A DNA stretch of 64,000 nt from Candidatus Aenigmatarchaeota archaeon (GTDB taxonomy: Archaea; Thermoplasmatota; Thermoplasmata; Halarchaeoplasmatales; Halarchaeoplasmataceae): positions 67,152 to 131,151 of the forward strand of contig JBKHKA010000002.1 of the NCBI GenBank assembly GCA_046537845.1, given 5' to 3'. A program made the position numbers and the translations under genes. Below are positions 46,697 to 57,388 of the stretch, one piece after another. Each line of letters starts with the position of its first letter. Position 1 is the first letter of the stretch. The notes under the pieces were generated by a model, which saw nothing but the letters and a program-made list of their open reading frames with translations, searched no databases and was not told the origin of the DNA.

Positions 46697-47392
46697 ATGA
46701 AAACGATCGGCTTGATAGGAGGGATGAGTTGGGGATCCACTCTAGAGTACTACAGGATAATAAATGAAGAGTCTAAAAAAAGATTGGGTGAAGATCATTC
46801 TGGAGAATTGGTCATCTATTCTTTCGATTTTTATGACATTGTGGGACTGCAGGAGCAGAGCGAGTGGGATGAATTGGAAGACATGATGGTCGAAGCCGGC
46901 AACGGTTTGAAAGGAGCAGGAGCGGAACTGCTCTTGATATGTGCCAACACCATGAACAAGTTGGCTGAAGACGTGGAAAAAAGAGTAGGGCTTCCTCTAC
47001 TGCATATAGGAGATGCTACCGCCGAAGCTATAAAGGAAAGAAAAGTAGAGAAAGTAGCGCTTTTGGGCACGAAATACGTGATGGAGGAAGACTTCTATAG
47101 GGAAAAGCTTGAAGGCGAGTACGGTTTGGAGCTGATGATCCCCGCTGGAGAGCAGAGGGAGAAAGTGCATGATATCATATACAAGGAATTGTGTAAAGGG
47201 ATCGTGAAGAAAGACTCGAAAGAAACTCTCTTGGATATGATCGATGATCTCATCCAGGAAGGAGCTGAAGGAATAATTTTGGGATGCACTGAACTTCCGA
47301 TGCATCTCGACCAAGAGGAGATAGAGGTACCTCTCTTCAACACTACAAAGATACATTCTGAAGCAGCAGTAGACCGAGCACTTTCGGACTAA
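46697..47392 (+). CDS. Aspartate/glutamate racemase family protein
   Basis: IGLIGGMSWGST, LICANTMN and ILGCTELP (two catalytic Cys contexts). Confidence 0.8.
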   Translation: MKTIGLIGGMSWGSTLEYYRIINEESKKRLGEDHSGELVIYSFDFYDIVGLQEQSEWDELEDMMVEAGNGLKGAGAELLLICANTMNKLAEDVEKRVGLPLLHIGDATAEAIKERKVEKVALLGTKYVMEEDFYREKLEGEYGLELMIPAGEQREKVHDIIYKELCKGIVKKDSKETLLDMIDDLIQEGAEGIILGCTELPMHLDQEEIEVPLFNTTKIHSEAAVDRALSD

Positions 47393-47416
47393 AAGATTTT
47401 TGATCTGCTGTCCTAG

Positions 47417-48805
47417 CTATTTCTTTCGGCCTTCTCTCTCTACCAGATCTACATGGTCAAAAAAATCCATCTTTGGAACCCTTTCAGCCTTGGACTTAAC
47501 TATCTTCACCACGCCTCCGTCATCTTCTAGACTTTTGATCGTTGCATCTTCAGGTTTTATACCGTAATTTTTCATCCTTTTCTCTATGTCCCATCTACTC
47601 ATCGATCTGCCGTTCAATGAAAATTTGAATGAAACCATCCCGAAGAGATCAGCTTGATGGTCGTAGTCAACCCTGTGTTTAACTCTACCTTCTTCCTCTA
47701 TCTCAAGCTCCTTAAGCTCGGATTCCACGAAATCTTCTATCCTCCCTAGAAATTCTACTTCATCTCTGCTGACGAACGTAACAGCTTTTCCTTCTTTTCC
47801 CAGCCTTCCAGTTCGTCCTATGCGGTGTACATAGTCTTTCTCGTACTTCGGTATGTCATAATTCACCACGTGGGTTATATCATCCACGTCGATACCCCTA
47901 GATGCAACATCGGTTGAGACCAAGATATCGATCTTACCTTCTTTGAACTTGTTCATCGTTTTCGTCCTGGCCGACTGGCTCATATCACCGTGAAGCGAAT
48001 GTGCTTTGTACCCATAGTTTCTCAGTCTATCCGCCAAAATCTGTGTATACTTCCTGGTGTTGCAGAATATCAGGTATCGGCCGGGTTCGTTGTCGAGAAG
48101 CGAAGATAGGGCGGACAGTTTGTTCTTTCTTCCCACCGAGATATAATACTGACTCACGCCTTTTGCGGATATCTCGTCCTCGCTCAATTTCAATTCAACC
48201 GGGGCGTCCATGTATTGATTAGCCAGCTTGACTATCTTCTTTGGCATGGTAGCCGAGTAGAGCATGGTCTGTTTTTCTTTTGAAGTCCTAGACATGATCC
48301 ACTTGATGTCCTCTAAGAAACCCATCTCAAGCATTCGGTCCGCTTCGTCAAGGACGAAGAAAGAGATATCATCGAGTTTTAGCTTGCCTCTCCTCATCAG
48401 GTCCATAACCCTACCAGGAGTTCCAGCTACGAATGATGTTTCCGGTAAGTGATCGATCTGAAATTTAATACTCGAACCGCCGTAGATAGCCAAAGTGTTG
48501 ATATCGTGATGTTCTCCAATCTTCCTCGCTTCTTTTTCGACCTGCTGAGCCAATTCTCTTGTCGGCGTCAAAATGATAGCCTCTACTCCATTATCCCCTT
48601 CGATATTTTCAAATATCGGTATCAAAAAAGAATGAGTCTTTCCTGAACCCGTTCGAGCTTGGACTATCATGTCGTTCCCTTTCATAGCAGGTTCGATAGA
48701 TTCCCTCTGCACTTCCGTCGCTTTTTCGAAGTCGATGGCTTCAAGGGCAGAAAGTGTGTTCCTGTCCAAAGGCATCTCTTCAAATTTTTGTTCATCGTCT
48801 TTCAT
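47417..48805 (-). CDS. DEAD-box ATP-dependent RNA helicase
   Basis: Q-motif region, ARTGSGKT, PTRELA, VLDEADRM, SAT and HRIGRTGRLG. ATG 48805 is preferred over TTG 48826. Confidence 0.9.
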   Translation of the reverse strand: MKDDEQKFEEMPLDRNTLSALEAIDFEKATEVQRESIEPAMKGNDMIVQARTGSGKTHSFLIPIFENIEGDNGVEAIILTPTRELAQQVEKEARKIGEHHDINTLAIYGGSSIKFQIDHLPETSFVAGTPGRVMDLMRRGKLKLDDISFFVLDEADRMLEMGFLEDIKWIMSRTSKEKQTMLYSATMPKKIVKLANQYMDAPVELKLSEDEISAKGVSQYYISVGRKNKLSALSSLLDNEPGRYLIFCNTRKYTQILADRLRNYGYKAHSLHGDMSQSARTKTMNKFKEGKIDILVSTDVASRGIDVDDITHVVNYDIPKYEKDYVHRIGRTGRLGKEGKAVTFVSRDEVEFLGRIEDFVESELKELEIEEEGRVKHRVDYDHQADLFGMVSFKFSLNGRSMSRWDIEKRMKNYGIKPEDATIKSLEDDGGVVKIVKSKAERVPKMDFFDHVDLVEREGRKK

Positions 48806-48942
48806 ATTACTAATTCCTCTCTTCAAGATTTACCAGAGCGGGGGTTATTTATATAGTTTCACCTTCTCACTTTTTCCAATACCTCTTTCTACTGTTCCGT
48901 TGGCTTTAAATAACTGGTATCCGATTCAAGGGCGGCGATAAG

Positions 48943-50847
48943 ATGAAGGGATATTGGAAAAAACTGCTGGAGATCGATCTTACTGAAGGTGAAGTCAGCG
49001 AGAAAGATCTATCCGAAGAACTTTTACAGAAATATCTGGGCGGGGCGGGGCTCACGACCAAGATACTTTACGACGAAGTCGGACCTGAAGTCGATCCATT
49101 AGATCCTGAAAATCTTCTCATCTGTGCACCAGGCATATTACTCGGTCCGAAGATCCCAACCGCTTCAAAGACCACCTTCGGCTTCAAGGCTCCACAAACA
49201 GGGGGATACGGAAAGAGCATAGTCGGAGCTAAAGCTGGAGACCAGTTGAAGAAAGCTGGATACGACGCTTTGGTAGTGGAAGGTAGAGCGGACAGGCCGA
49301 GCATTGTGGTCATCGAAGACGATGAAGTGAAGATCGAAAACGCTGAGGACATATGGGGCCTAGATACCAGAGAAGCGGACAATAAGATCAAGGAAAAATA
49401 TGACGGCTTTGCCACTGCTGTGATCGGTCCGGCAGGAGAGAACCTTTCTAAGATCGCCATGATAGAGTGTGAAGACCGACAAGCGGGAAAAGGGGGTGGA
49501 GGAGCTGTGATGGGATCAAAAAATCTGAAAGCTATCGCAGTGAAAGGTACTAAAGAGATTCCCATAGCAGACGAAGATAGATTGGGTGAATTGAACAGTA
49601 AATGGAGAAGGATAAGCACCGGAAAAGGGGGGACCGAAGATGAGAGCTTCTCACCCGAAGACCAGATTGAGTACGGTACGGGGGAAGCTGTCGAAGCTAA
49701 AAACAAAGTCTTGGGCTGCTTTCCCACGAAGAATTGGCAGGCAGGATACTTCAAGAGGGCCTACGATAAGCTTGAGGATGATGAAAGGATAGAACTTGAC
49801 CCCCGGTATTGGACCGCGGTTTACAGAGAGGGTAGAAGACCCTGTCCTTATTGTACTAAGCCGTGCAGCCAGTATTTTGTTGCGGAAGATTCGCCCTATG
49901 GAGACATAGCCGTTGACGGACCAGAATACGAGACCCAGTACGCTCTAGGAGGCGCCTGCGAAATAGACGATATAGAGGCGGTAGCGAAGGGGAATGAGAT
50001 CTGCGATAAGTTGGGGCTGGATACGATCTCCGCAGGGATCACCATATCATGGGCTATGGAGGCTTACGAGAAAGGGTTGATCGAGTCCGACTTGGACCTT
50101 GAGTTCGGTAACGCCGAAGCGATGCTCGAGGCTCTAAAGATGATAGCCCATAAAAAGGGCAAACTGGGAAAGCTCTTGGGAGACGGTGTCTATGAAGCCG
50201 CTAAAAAAGTCGGACGGGGCTCTGAAAAATTCGCTATACATGTCAAAGGGATGCCGCCAGCTGGATTCGAAGTGAGAGGTGTGAGAGGCATGGCTCTAGC
50301 TTTCGCTGTAGCTCCTAGAGGTGCAGATCATCTTACCTCCTGCCTTTACGCCCTAGAGATGGCAGGTGATTACTGGGATTTCGAGGATTACGATCCTAAA
50401 AAGTTAGAAGGCAAAGCTTTCGCTCTGAAGTCCATGGAGGACCTGATGATGCTTTACGACATAACAGGGGTGTGCAAATTTTCTCGAGGACTGATGGTCG
50501 ACGAAGGCTTGCTCGAACTGGTGAACGCGGTGACCGGTTTGGATATGGACTTAGATGAATTCCTGACCGTCGGTGAAAGGGTTTACAATCTTTCAAAGGC
50601 TTTCAATCTTCGCAACGGCTTCACCAGGGAAGACGACAGACTTCCAGATAGATTCTTTAAGGATGAGGTCCTGTACGGGCCCACCGAAGGAGAAACAATC
50701 TCTCGAAGAAAATTCGAAGAAGAACTCGATCGCTATTATGATGTGAGAGGTTGGGACGAAAAAGGTGTCCCGTTGAAGACGACATTGAAGAGATTGGGGC
50801 TGCCGAGAGTTGCTGAGGATTTCGGCTCTTCTAAAGAAAAGGAATGA
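48943..50847 (+). CDS. aor: Tungsten-type aldehyde:ferredoxin oxidoreductase (AOR family), paralog 2
   Basis: Collinear with paralog 1, with long identical blocks (RRPCPYCTKPCSQYFVAED, NEICDKLGLDTISAG, GSEKFAIHVKGM, PRGADHLTS). Confidence 0.9.
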   Translation: MKGYWKKLLEIDLTEGEVSEKDLSEELLQKYLGGAGLTTKILYDEVGPEVDPLDPENLLICAPGILLGPKIPTASKTTFGFKAPQTGGYGKSIVGAKAGDQLKKAGYDALVVEGRADRPSIVVIEDDEVKIENAEDIWGLDTREADNKIKEKYDGFATAVIGPAGENLSKIAMIECEDRQAGKGGGGAVMGSKNLKAIAVKGTKEIPIADEDRLGELNSKWRRISTGKGGTEDESFSPEDQIEYGTGEAVEAKNKVLGCFPTKNWQAGYFKRAYDKLEDDERIELDPRYWTAVYREGRRPCPYCTKPCSQYFVAEDSPYGDIAVDGPEYETQYALGGACEIDDIEAVAKGNEICDKLGLDTISAGITISWAMEAYEKGLIESDLDLEFGNAEAMLEALKMIAHKKGKLGKLLGDGVYEAAKKVGRGSEKFAIHVKGMPPAGFEVRGVRGMALAFAVAPRGADHLTSCLYALEMAGDYWDFEDYDPKKLEGKAFALKSMEDLMMLYDITGVCKFSRGLMVDEGLLELVNAVTGLDMDLDEFLTVGERVYNLSKAFNLRNGFTREDDRLPDRFFKDEVLYGPTEGETISRRKFEEELDRYYDVRGWDEKGVPLKTTLKRLGLPRVAEDFGSSKEKE

Positions 50848-50904
50848 CCGCGAGAAGGACACGCGTAATATTTCCATCCGAAATCCTAGGTATTAGTTGA
50901 TTCT

Positions 50905-51210
50905 CGATATATTTCGGACGAAAACGAGGAAAAGTAAGATTATCCTGCAGGAAAATATATATTATAAATAATTTAAAGAACTCGTTTTTCCTATATAAGA
51001 GTTTAAATAGTGTCATAGGAGTGTCAGACGAAAACCTTTTATTGTAAAGGGGTTTCTGCACCAGGGGATGTCTGACGAAACCTTTTAGTATTATTTCTAT
51101 TATCCTTTTATCCCTCACGGCGAACCCGGATAGACCGGAAATTAAGATTAGAAGGTATTCTATCTTCGGTCTGTATCTCCACATGAAATAAAGGGGTCTG
51201 CAGAGGGAAG
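50905..51210. promoter_or_regulatory. oriC: Putative replication origin: ORB-like repeats flanking an AT-rich unwinding element, directly upstream of orc1/cdc6
   Basis: Direct repeats: tttcggacgaaaacgagg (50912-29), gtgtcagacgaaaacctttt (51021-40) and atgtctgacgaaacctttt (51068-86). Inverted partial copy ctcgtttttcc (50981-91). G-string copies taaaggggtttctgca (~51045) and taaaggggtctgca (~51189). AT tract gaaaatatatattataaataatttaaa (50951-77). Confidence 0.65.
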
Positions 51211-51232
51211 GAAAAACGAGAAGTGATAAGAT

Positions 51233-52525
51233 ATGATAGGTCAGGATAATATATTCAAACCCCATATGGATACAAGTTCCGTATTCAAAGGAGACAGGGA
51301 CATTCTGAGACCTTCTTATATACCAGAACAACTGCCTCATCGGGAGGAGCAGATCCAGGACCTCGCTTCGATAATGGTTACAGCTCTTCGAGGCAACAGA
51401 CCATCTAATGTCTTGATATTTGGAAAAACGGGGACGGGAAAGACCGCTGTTGTCCGATTTTTGGAAAGGGAAGTAAATCGTTTGAAAAGGGAGAATTCGG
51501 AAACAGCCGAATTGGACGAGGAGTTCAAAGATTATGATATCAACAAAGTCGAATACGTTTATGTGAATTGTGAAGTCGTGGATACCCATTACGGCGTGAT
51601 GAAAAATATCGGCAATAAATTCGTTGAAGAATGGAGTGACCAGATACCCTTCACAGGATGGCCTATGGATAAAGTTTATGAATCTCTTCGAGAAAAAATA
51701 GACGAAGAATCAAGAGTGGTTGTCATAATACTGGACGAGCTGGATAAACTGGTGACTAAAAGCGGTGACAGCGTTCTATACCATCTCTCAAAGATCAATT
51801 CAGAATTGGATAAGAGTAAAGTTAGTCTGATAGGCATATCTAACAATCTGAAGTTCACGGAATTTTTGGACCCTCGAGTGAGAAGCAGGTTAGGAGAAGA
51901 AAAGATGATCTTCCCGCCCTACGATGCAGAACAATTGAAAGATATCTTGGCCGATAGAGCGGGGAAGGCTTTCGAACCTGAGATTTTGGGGAACGATGTT
52001 ATCTCCCTCTGTGCTGCGTTGGCTGCCCAGGAGCACGGCGACGCGAGAAGAGCTTTAGACCTCCTAAGGGTCTCCGCCGAAATAGCGGAGCGGGAAAGAG
52101 ACGAAACAGTTACCACGGATCATGTTTACAGAGCTAAAAACAAGATCGAGCAGGACTGCGTTAGAGAGGCGGTCAACACTCTGCCGACACATTCTAAATT
52201 AGTCCTTTACTCAATCCTCTTGATGGAAGAAAACGGAGGTGACAAATTGACCACTGGTGAAGTCTACTCTGCATACAGCGAACTGAGCAAAAGATCGGGT
52301 ATGGATCCCTTGACGCAGAGAAGGATCACTGATCTGATCTCAGAGTTGGATATGCTTGGATTGATAAATGCCCGGGTGAAATCGTTTGGGAGAAGAGGAC
52401 GTACGAAGGAGATACAGGCCTCGGTGCCAAAACGAGATATAATCGATCTGATCGAAGGAGACGAAGGCATCGAACCTGTGAAAGACCTGAACATCCGGGG
52501 CGGAAAACAGACCACTCTACTTTAA
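51233..52525 (+). CDS. cdc6: Orc1/Cdc6 replication initiator
   Basis: YIPEQLPHREEQI. Walker A GKTGTGKT. Walker B IILDELD. Sensor regions. C-terminal winged helix. Confidence 0.9.
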   Translation: MIGQDNIFKPHMDTSSVFKGDRDILRPSYIPEQLPHREEQIQDLASIMVTALRGNRPSNVLIFGKTGTGKTAVVRFLEREVNRLKRENSETAELDEEFKDYDINKVEYVYVNCEVVDTHYGVMKNIGNKFVEEWSDQIPFTGWPMDKVYESLREKIDEESRVVVIILDELDKLVTKSGDSVLYHLSKINSELDKSKVSLIGISNNLKFTEFLDPRVRSRLGEEKMIFPPYDAEQLKDILADRAGKAFEPEILGNDVISLCAALAAQEHGDARRALDLLRVSAEIAERERDETVTTDHVYRAKNKIEQDCVREAVNTLPTHSKLVLYSILLMEENGGDKLTTGEVYSAYSELSKRSGMDPLTQRRITDLISELDMLGLINARVKSFGRRGRTKEIQASVPKRDIIDLIEGDEGIEPVKDLNIRGGKQTTLL

Positions 52526-52671
52526 ATAAGATATATAGTATTATATTTAAGTATAAAATATTATTCTATTCCATATGTCTCTATATAGTGGCAGCTTTTT
52601 CTCATAGCAAAATACATATAGGAATAATCAGAGATATAATAATGTTGATGATAAAAAGGGGGGGAGGTAGA

Positions 52672-52711
52672 GGTGGGCAGTCCTTACTGGGGCTACCCAC
52701 CCACTTTTTTT
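52672..52711. terminator. Hairpin plus T7 run between convergent cdc6 and aminotransferase genes
   Basis: ggtggg (52672-77) pairs with cccacc (52696-701), followed by ttttttt (52705-11). Confidence 0.45.
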
Positions 52712-52738
52712 AGCGGATTCCAAAAACCAGGAGTTGGT

Positions 52739-53971
52739 TCACAATACCTTTTTTATCCTTTCAAGGGCCCAATCGATCTCGTCTTTCGTTATGACCAATG
52801 GAGGAGCAAAACGAAGTACGGTTTTCTTCGTATCTTTGACTAAAATCCCTTCTTTTTTCAACTTCTCCGCATAGGGTCTAGCATCTTCTTTTAATTCTAC
52901 CCCGATGAAAAGACCTCTTCCTCTCACCTCTTTTATGAGCGGATTATCGATCTTTTTCAATTCACTCCTGAAATATCTGCCCATCTCTCTTGAGTTTTCG
53001 ACAAAATTTTCTTCTTCTATAACTTCTATAGCCCTGACCGCTGCAGCCGCGCCTAGTGGGTTGCCCCCAAAGGTAGAACCGTGTGAACCTGGATTGAACA
53101 CTTTCATCACTTCTTCGTCCGCAGCGATAGCCGAAACGGGGTAGACACCGGCGCTAAGAGCCTTGCCAAGGATGTATATATCCGGTTCGACCTCTTCCCA
53201 GTCACAGGCGAACATCTGCCCCGTTCTTCCAAGCCCAGTCTGGATCTCGTCCGCTATGAATAGCACCTTTTCCTTTTCACAGAGTTCCTTCGCCTCGCTC
53301 AGATAGCCTGTAGGGGGTAGTATTATCCCTCCTTCGCCCTGCATGGGCTCGACCAAAAATCCCACTGTGTTGGGCCCTATAGCTTCTTCCAAGGCTTCGA
53401 TATCACCGAACGGCACGACTTCAAAACCGGGTGTAAATGGACCGTATCCCTCCCTGTATTTATCTCTAGTACTGAAAGAGATTACGGTGATAGAACGTCC
53501 ATGAAAGTTGTTGGCACACACGACGATCTCAGCTTTTCCTTCCTCCACTCCCTTTTCAAAATACCCCCATCTTCGGGCCGCTTTCAAGGCGGTCTCAACT
53601 GCTTCCGTCCCTGAATTCATGGGGAGCACCTTTTCTTTCCCCGTTATCTCCGCTACTTTTTTGTAGAATCGCCCGAGCTGGTCGTTCATGAAAGCTCGAG
53701 ATGTCAATGTAACATCATCCGCCTGATCTTTCAACGCTTCGACCACTTCAGGATGACAATGACCGTGGCTGACAGCTGAATAAGCGCTCAACATATCCAT
53801 GTATCTGTTCCCATCGACATCTTCTACCCAAACACCCTCCGCATCAGATATGACGACCGGCAAAGGATCATAATTTTTTGCTCCGTACCTACGAGTCAAT
53901 TCTATGATTGCTTCACTGTCTGTCAATTCTTTCCCTTCATTTTCGGTATTTTCAACTTTTTCCGATCCCAT
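52739..53971 (-). CDS. rocD: Ornithine aminotransferase (class III PLP aminotransferase)
   Basis: [39 protein letters not shown] and [12 protein letters not shown] blocks. Confidence 0.85.
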   Translation of the reverse strand: MGSEKVENTENEGKELTDSEAIIELTRRYGAKNYDPLPVVISDAEGVWVEDVDGNRYMDMLSAYSAVSHGHCHPEVVEALKDQADDVTLTSRAFMNDQLGRFYKKVAEITGKEKVLPMNSGTEAVETALKAARRWGYFEKGVEEGKAEIVVCANNFHGRSITVISFSTRDKYREGYGPFTPGFEVVPFGDIEALEEAIGPNTVGFLVEPMQGEGGIILPPTGYLSEAKELCEKEKVLFIADEIQTGLGRTGQMFACDWEEVEPDIYILGKALSAGVYPVSAIAADEEVMKVFNPGSHGSTFGGNPLGAAAAVRAIEVIEEENFVENSREMGRYFRSELKKIDNPLIKEVRGRGLFIGVELKEDARPYAEKLKKEGILVKDTKKTVLRFAPPLVITKDEIDWALERIKKVL

Positions 53972-54093
53972 ATTATCAGCGGTTATCCTGAAAGTATAGT
54001 CGTATTAAAATCTTTGTTAGACCTCTGAATTTTTATTCATGGCTCGTATCGGATACGCTGCGGCTGTACATCTTCTGGTATCTCAAAGACCAG

Positions 54094-54435
54094 CTAGAAA
54101 TCTTCTGACTTTCCCGGCTCGATGGTATCTGACATACCTTCCTCTTGAGGTTTCACGTATTCCTCGCCTTCAACGGTTTCAAGGATAAAATATCTCTCAT
54201 CGGGATGCAGTTCATGACTGTCCCCTTCGTTCTTCAGTTCTACGTGTATCCAGTAAAAACGATGACCTGTCTCAGGCGAAGAACCCTCGGTGTCCTCGTC
54301 ACGATATTCCTCTTCCAATATGACCAGCTCCGTCTGAGGTTCTTCCTCCTCATCTATACACCCTGTTAGTGCTGCACTCACACTGATGAGGAGGACCAAA
54401 GAGAGCAGTAGGCCGGTCTTTACTTTCATATCCAT
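54094..54435 (-). CDS. Small acidic lipoprotein
   Basis: Signal plus lipobox-like LLISVSAALTGC. 113 aa. Confidence 0.6.
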   Translation of the reverse strand: MDMKVKTGLLLSLVLLISVSAALTGCIDEEEEPQTELVILEEEYRDEDTEGSSPETGHRFYWIHVELKNEGDSHELHPDERYFILETVEGEEYVKPQEEGMSDTIEPGKSEDF

Positions 54436-54652
54436 CTGAACATCCTCTCCTTTGATTTAGTTATGCCATCTTCAGCGAAGTATAAAAACTTCATGTATCA
54501 GATATTAATGCCTTCTCTTCAATAGTGATCGGAACCTTACTTTATTTGTTTATCTTTTTCTGTTGAGAGGGGTATAAGGGTAAATATCTATATATCAAAA
54601 AGTTATAGGTGCTTTCATAGAAAACGATAGTTATCCTGTCTAGGTGGAGAAG

Positions 54653-56101
54653 ATGATCAAGTGCGATAAGTGCGGCACAAAAAATTTTTCTGATGCGAAG
54701 TCATGTAAAAAATGCGGGAGTGACCTTCCAGATGATGATAATTCAGGCAACGATAAGGAACATCTAGAGATCGAAGGAAACACGGGGACCAGCATCTGCG
54801 AATCACGAGAAGAGATCTCCGAAAAAGTGGAAGAACATTTCGAGAAAGGTGTAAGAGAACTCGAAAGAGGTAGTTACAAGAAAGCCGTTGATGAATTCGA
54901 TGAAGTGACTTCTATCGAGCCAGATTCAGCTGGAACCTGGTCCAATAAGGGACTTGCATATGCTGAAAAGGGAGAGTACGAGAAGGCTATCGAGAGCTAC
55001 GAAAGAGCTCTCGATATAGATCCTGAGCTGGTAGAAGCGTGGTCCAACAAAGGTGTGGCGTTCTATGAAAAGAGAGAATATGATGAAGCTATAAAGTGTT
55101 TCGACAAGGTCACGGATTATGATGAAGAAGATGCTGAGGCTTGGGCTGTAAAAGGATGTGCATACCGGGAGAAGGGAGAACATGCCGAGGCCATAAAGTG
55201 CTTCGATAAAGCTCTCTCTATCGATTCAGATTACGCAGAAGCATGGAACAATAAAGGTATCACCCTTAAGAGGGATGGCGAATACGATGAAGCATTGAAT
55301 TGCTTTGACAAAGCCACTTCCCTCGATGCCAAGTACAGCAGGGCTTGGGCCATTAAGGGCATCGCTCATTATGAGAAAGAAGAGCATGATGAGGCAATGA
55401 AGTGCTTTGATAAAGTTACTTCCATCGACCCGGACGACCCTAGGGTTTGGACATTGAAGGCCTCTCTTTTTAGAGAGAAAGGAGACGATGAAGAAGCTTT
55501 AAGGTGTTTCGAGAAAGCGACCTCTCTGGACCCTGAGGATACGGAAGCATGGAACAACAAAGGAGCGGTCCACGCCGAAAGAGGAGAATATGGGAAGGCT
55601 ATAGAGTGTTACGAAAAAGCTACCTCTATCGATCCCGAACTACCTCAAGCTTGGTACAACAAGGGAAACGCTTACTACAACAGGGAAGAGTATGACGAAG
55701 CACTGACCTGTTATCAAAAAGCCACTTCCTTAGATCCAGAAACTGCCCAAACTTGGAACAATAGGGGCGCTTCCCATGCCGAGAAAGAAGAATACCAAGA
55801 GGCGATAAACTGTTATGAGAAAGCTACGTCTTTGAATCCTGAACTCGTTCAAGCGTGGTACAATAAAGGTTATGCCTATTATCACCGAGGAGAAGAAGAA
55901 CGGGCTATAGATTGTTTTGACAGAGCTACGAATATAGATCCAAATGATGCCGAGGCATGGTCAAACAAAGGGATGCTTTTGAAAGAAAAAGGCGATCTTC
56001 AAAGAGCTAAAGACTGCTTCAAGAAAGCACTAGATATAGAACCGGGTATAGACCCCATAAGAGATGAATTATCAGAAGTTAAAGAAGAACTCTTTGAATG
56101 A
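54653..56101 (+). CDS. Zinc-ribbon plus multi-TPR repeat protein
   Basis: N-terminal CDKCG...CKKCG, then about a dozen 34-aa TPR units (AEAWNNKGxxxxxxGEYDEAIKCFDKATSIDP). Confidence 0.85.
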   Translation: MIKCDKCGTKNFSDAKSCKKCGSDLPDDDNSGNDKEHLEIEGNTGTSICESREEISEKVEEHFEKGVRELERGSYKKAVDEFDEVTSIEPDSAGTWSNKGLAYAEKGEYEKAIESYERALDIDPELVEAWSNKGVAFYEKREYDEAIKCFDKVTDYDEEDAEAWAVKGCAYREKGEHAEAIKCFDKALSIDSDYAEAWNNKGITLKRDGEYDEALNCFDKATSLDAKYSRAWAIKGIAHYEKEEHDEAMKCFDKVTSIDPDDPRVWTLKASLFREKGDDEEALRCFEKATSLDPEDTEAWNNKGAVHAERGEYGKAIECYEKATSIDPELPQAWYNKGNAYYNREEYDEALTCYQKATSLDPETAQTWNNRGASHAEKEEYQEAINCYEKATSLNPELVQAWYNKGYAYYHRGEEERAIDCFDRATNIDPNDAEAWSNKGMLLKEKGDLQRAKDCFKKALDIEPGIDPIRDELSEVKEELFE

Positions 56102-56167
56102 AGTTTCTTCTTTTAAACGGACTTTAAAGAATAATTATTTAAATCAAGGTTTGAATAACCGGACCCC

Positions 56168-56872
56168 ATGCTTCTATCACGGCTAGAAATCGGCGTTCTG
56201 CTGTATGCGGCGTTACTCAGCAGTCTTCATCTTTTATGTGACAAAATATTCTCCAGTATCTCTCGCTCCCACAGCACTATCTTAAGCTACGGTGGTGGTT
56301 CTCTTTTGGCGATAATTTTTTTGGTCTTTCTTCCTGAAGCCCTGCATTCTACACCGACCACTGCCGTTTATCCGCTGATGCTGATCGGATTTGTGGTTTT
56401 CTTTATCTCAGAAAAATACCTCTATCAGCATGTTAAGGACCCAAAGGTTTTGGATGAAGAGATGTATCATCTTCACGTGGGAGGATTCTTCACAGATCAC
56501 TTCATCAAAGGGTTCATCTTGGTCACTATAATAGTTCGTCAACCTATTCTAGGATTTCTGACCGCTATACCATTCTTTATACATACCCTTTCCTCATCGA
56601 TCGTTCTGAAGGAGATCCACGAATATTCCGGAAGAAAGATAGACAGGATCATCTTATCTAGTTCTATCGTTTTGGGCACCTCGTTCGGAATCTTCTTCGA
56701 CGTTAACCCGGCTCTAGAGAAAATTATCATGGCCTTTATTTCAGGCATGATGTTGTTCATGGTGAGCAGAGATATCCTGCCTAAAGCTAAAGAAGGAAAA
56801 CCGTCCTCTTTTATCCTGGGAGTCTTCACAATACTTCTCGTCTGGCTGATGATAGACTATCTTTTTATGTAG
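56168..56872 (+). CDS. Polytopic membrane protein, possibly a ZIP-family metal transporter
   Basis: Six or more hydrophobic segments. His-containing segments (HLHVGGFFTDHF, FFIHTLSS) loosely resemble ZIP motifs. The assignment is weak. Confidence 0.45.
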   Translation: MLLSRLEIGVLLYAALLSSLHLLCDKIFSSISRSHSTILSYGGGSLLAIIFLVFLPEALHSTPTTAVYPLMLIGFVVFFISEKYLYQHVKDPKVLDEEMYHLHVGGFFTDHFIKGFILVTIIVRQPILGFLTAIPFFIHTLSSSIVLKEIHEYSGRKIDRIILSSSIVLGTSFGIFFDVNPALEKIIMAFISGMMLFMVSRDILPKAKEGKPSSFILGVFTILLVWLMIDYLFM

Positions 56873-56887
56873 GACGTGACCAAAAAG

Positions 56888-57373
56888 TCAGTTTTCGATC
56901 CGTCCACTGACCTCTTCGTCGGAGGTTTTTATCCCATCCTCTAGTTCAGTCTGATATTCGGCGATCTTTTTTCCTACTTCAGCGTCCTTCAAACCGAATA
57001 TCTTCGCTGCGGCTAGAGCTGCATTTTTCGGCTCTATGACCACCATGGGGGCGACACCAGAAGGCATCCTGAGAGATGAATAGATGTCTTTCCCTGCGAA
57101 AGTACTAGATGTGGGTGGACAGGTGATGACAGGATTTTCCGTGTTACCGTCAACGACTCCACAGAGTGCGTTGGATCTACCCGCTACTGCGATATAGACC
57201 ACGTCTTCATCTTTTGAATCATATTCTTCAAGCACCTCCAAAGCGAACTCTGGTGCCTTGTGAGCTGAAGCGACCCTGTACTCGTAATCTATACCGAACT
57301 TCTCTAGATACTCTCCTATACCGCTGGCGAAGTCTTTATCCTTCTCAGATCCCATTATTATAGGCACGATCAT
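56888..57373 (-). CDS. purE: PurE (AIR carboxylase / N5-CAIR mutase family)
   Basis: IIMGSEKD, RVASAHKAP, AVAGRSNAL and GVAPMV blocks. Confidence 0.85.
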   Translation of the reverse strand: MIVPIIMGSEKDKDFASGIGEYLEKFGIDYEYRVASAHKAPEFALEVLEEYDSKDEDVVYIAVAGRSNALCGVVDGNTENPVITCPPTSSTFAGKDIYSSLRMPSGVAPMVVIEPKNAALAAAKIFGLKDAEVGKKIAEYQTELEDGIKTSDEEVSGRIEN

Positions 57374-57388
57374 CTTTTTTCCTCCTTT

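Noticed and set aside
50831-51589. 252-aa minus-strand ORF spanning the cdc6 upstream spacer and the cdc6 5' end
   Set aside because: It runs through the AT-rich repeat region and antisense to a well-supported Orc1/Cdc6 gene. Its composition is atypical (F/I/L/R-rich).
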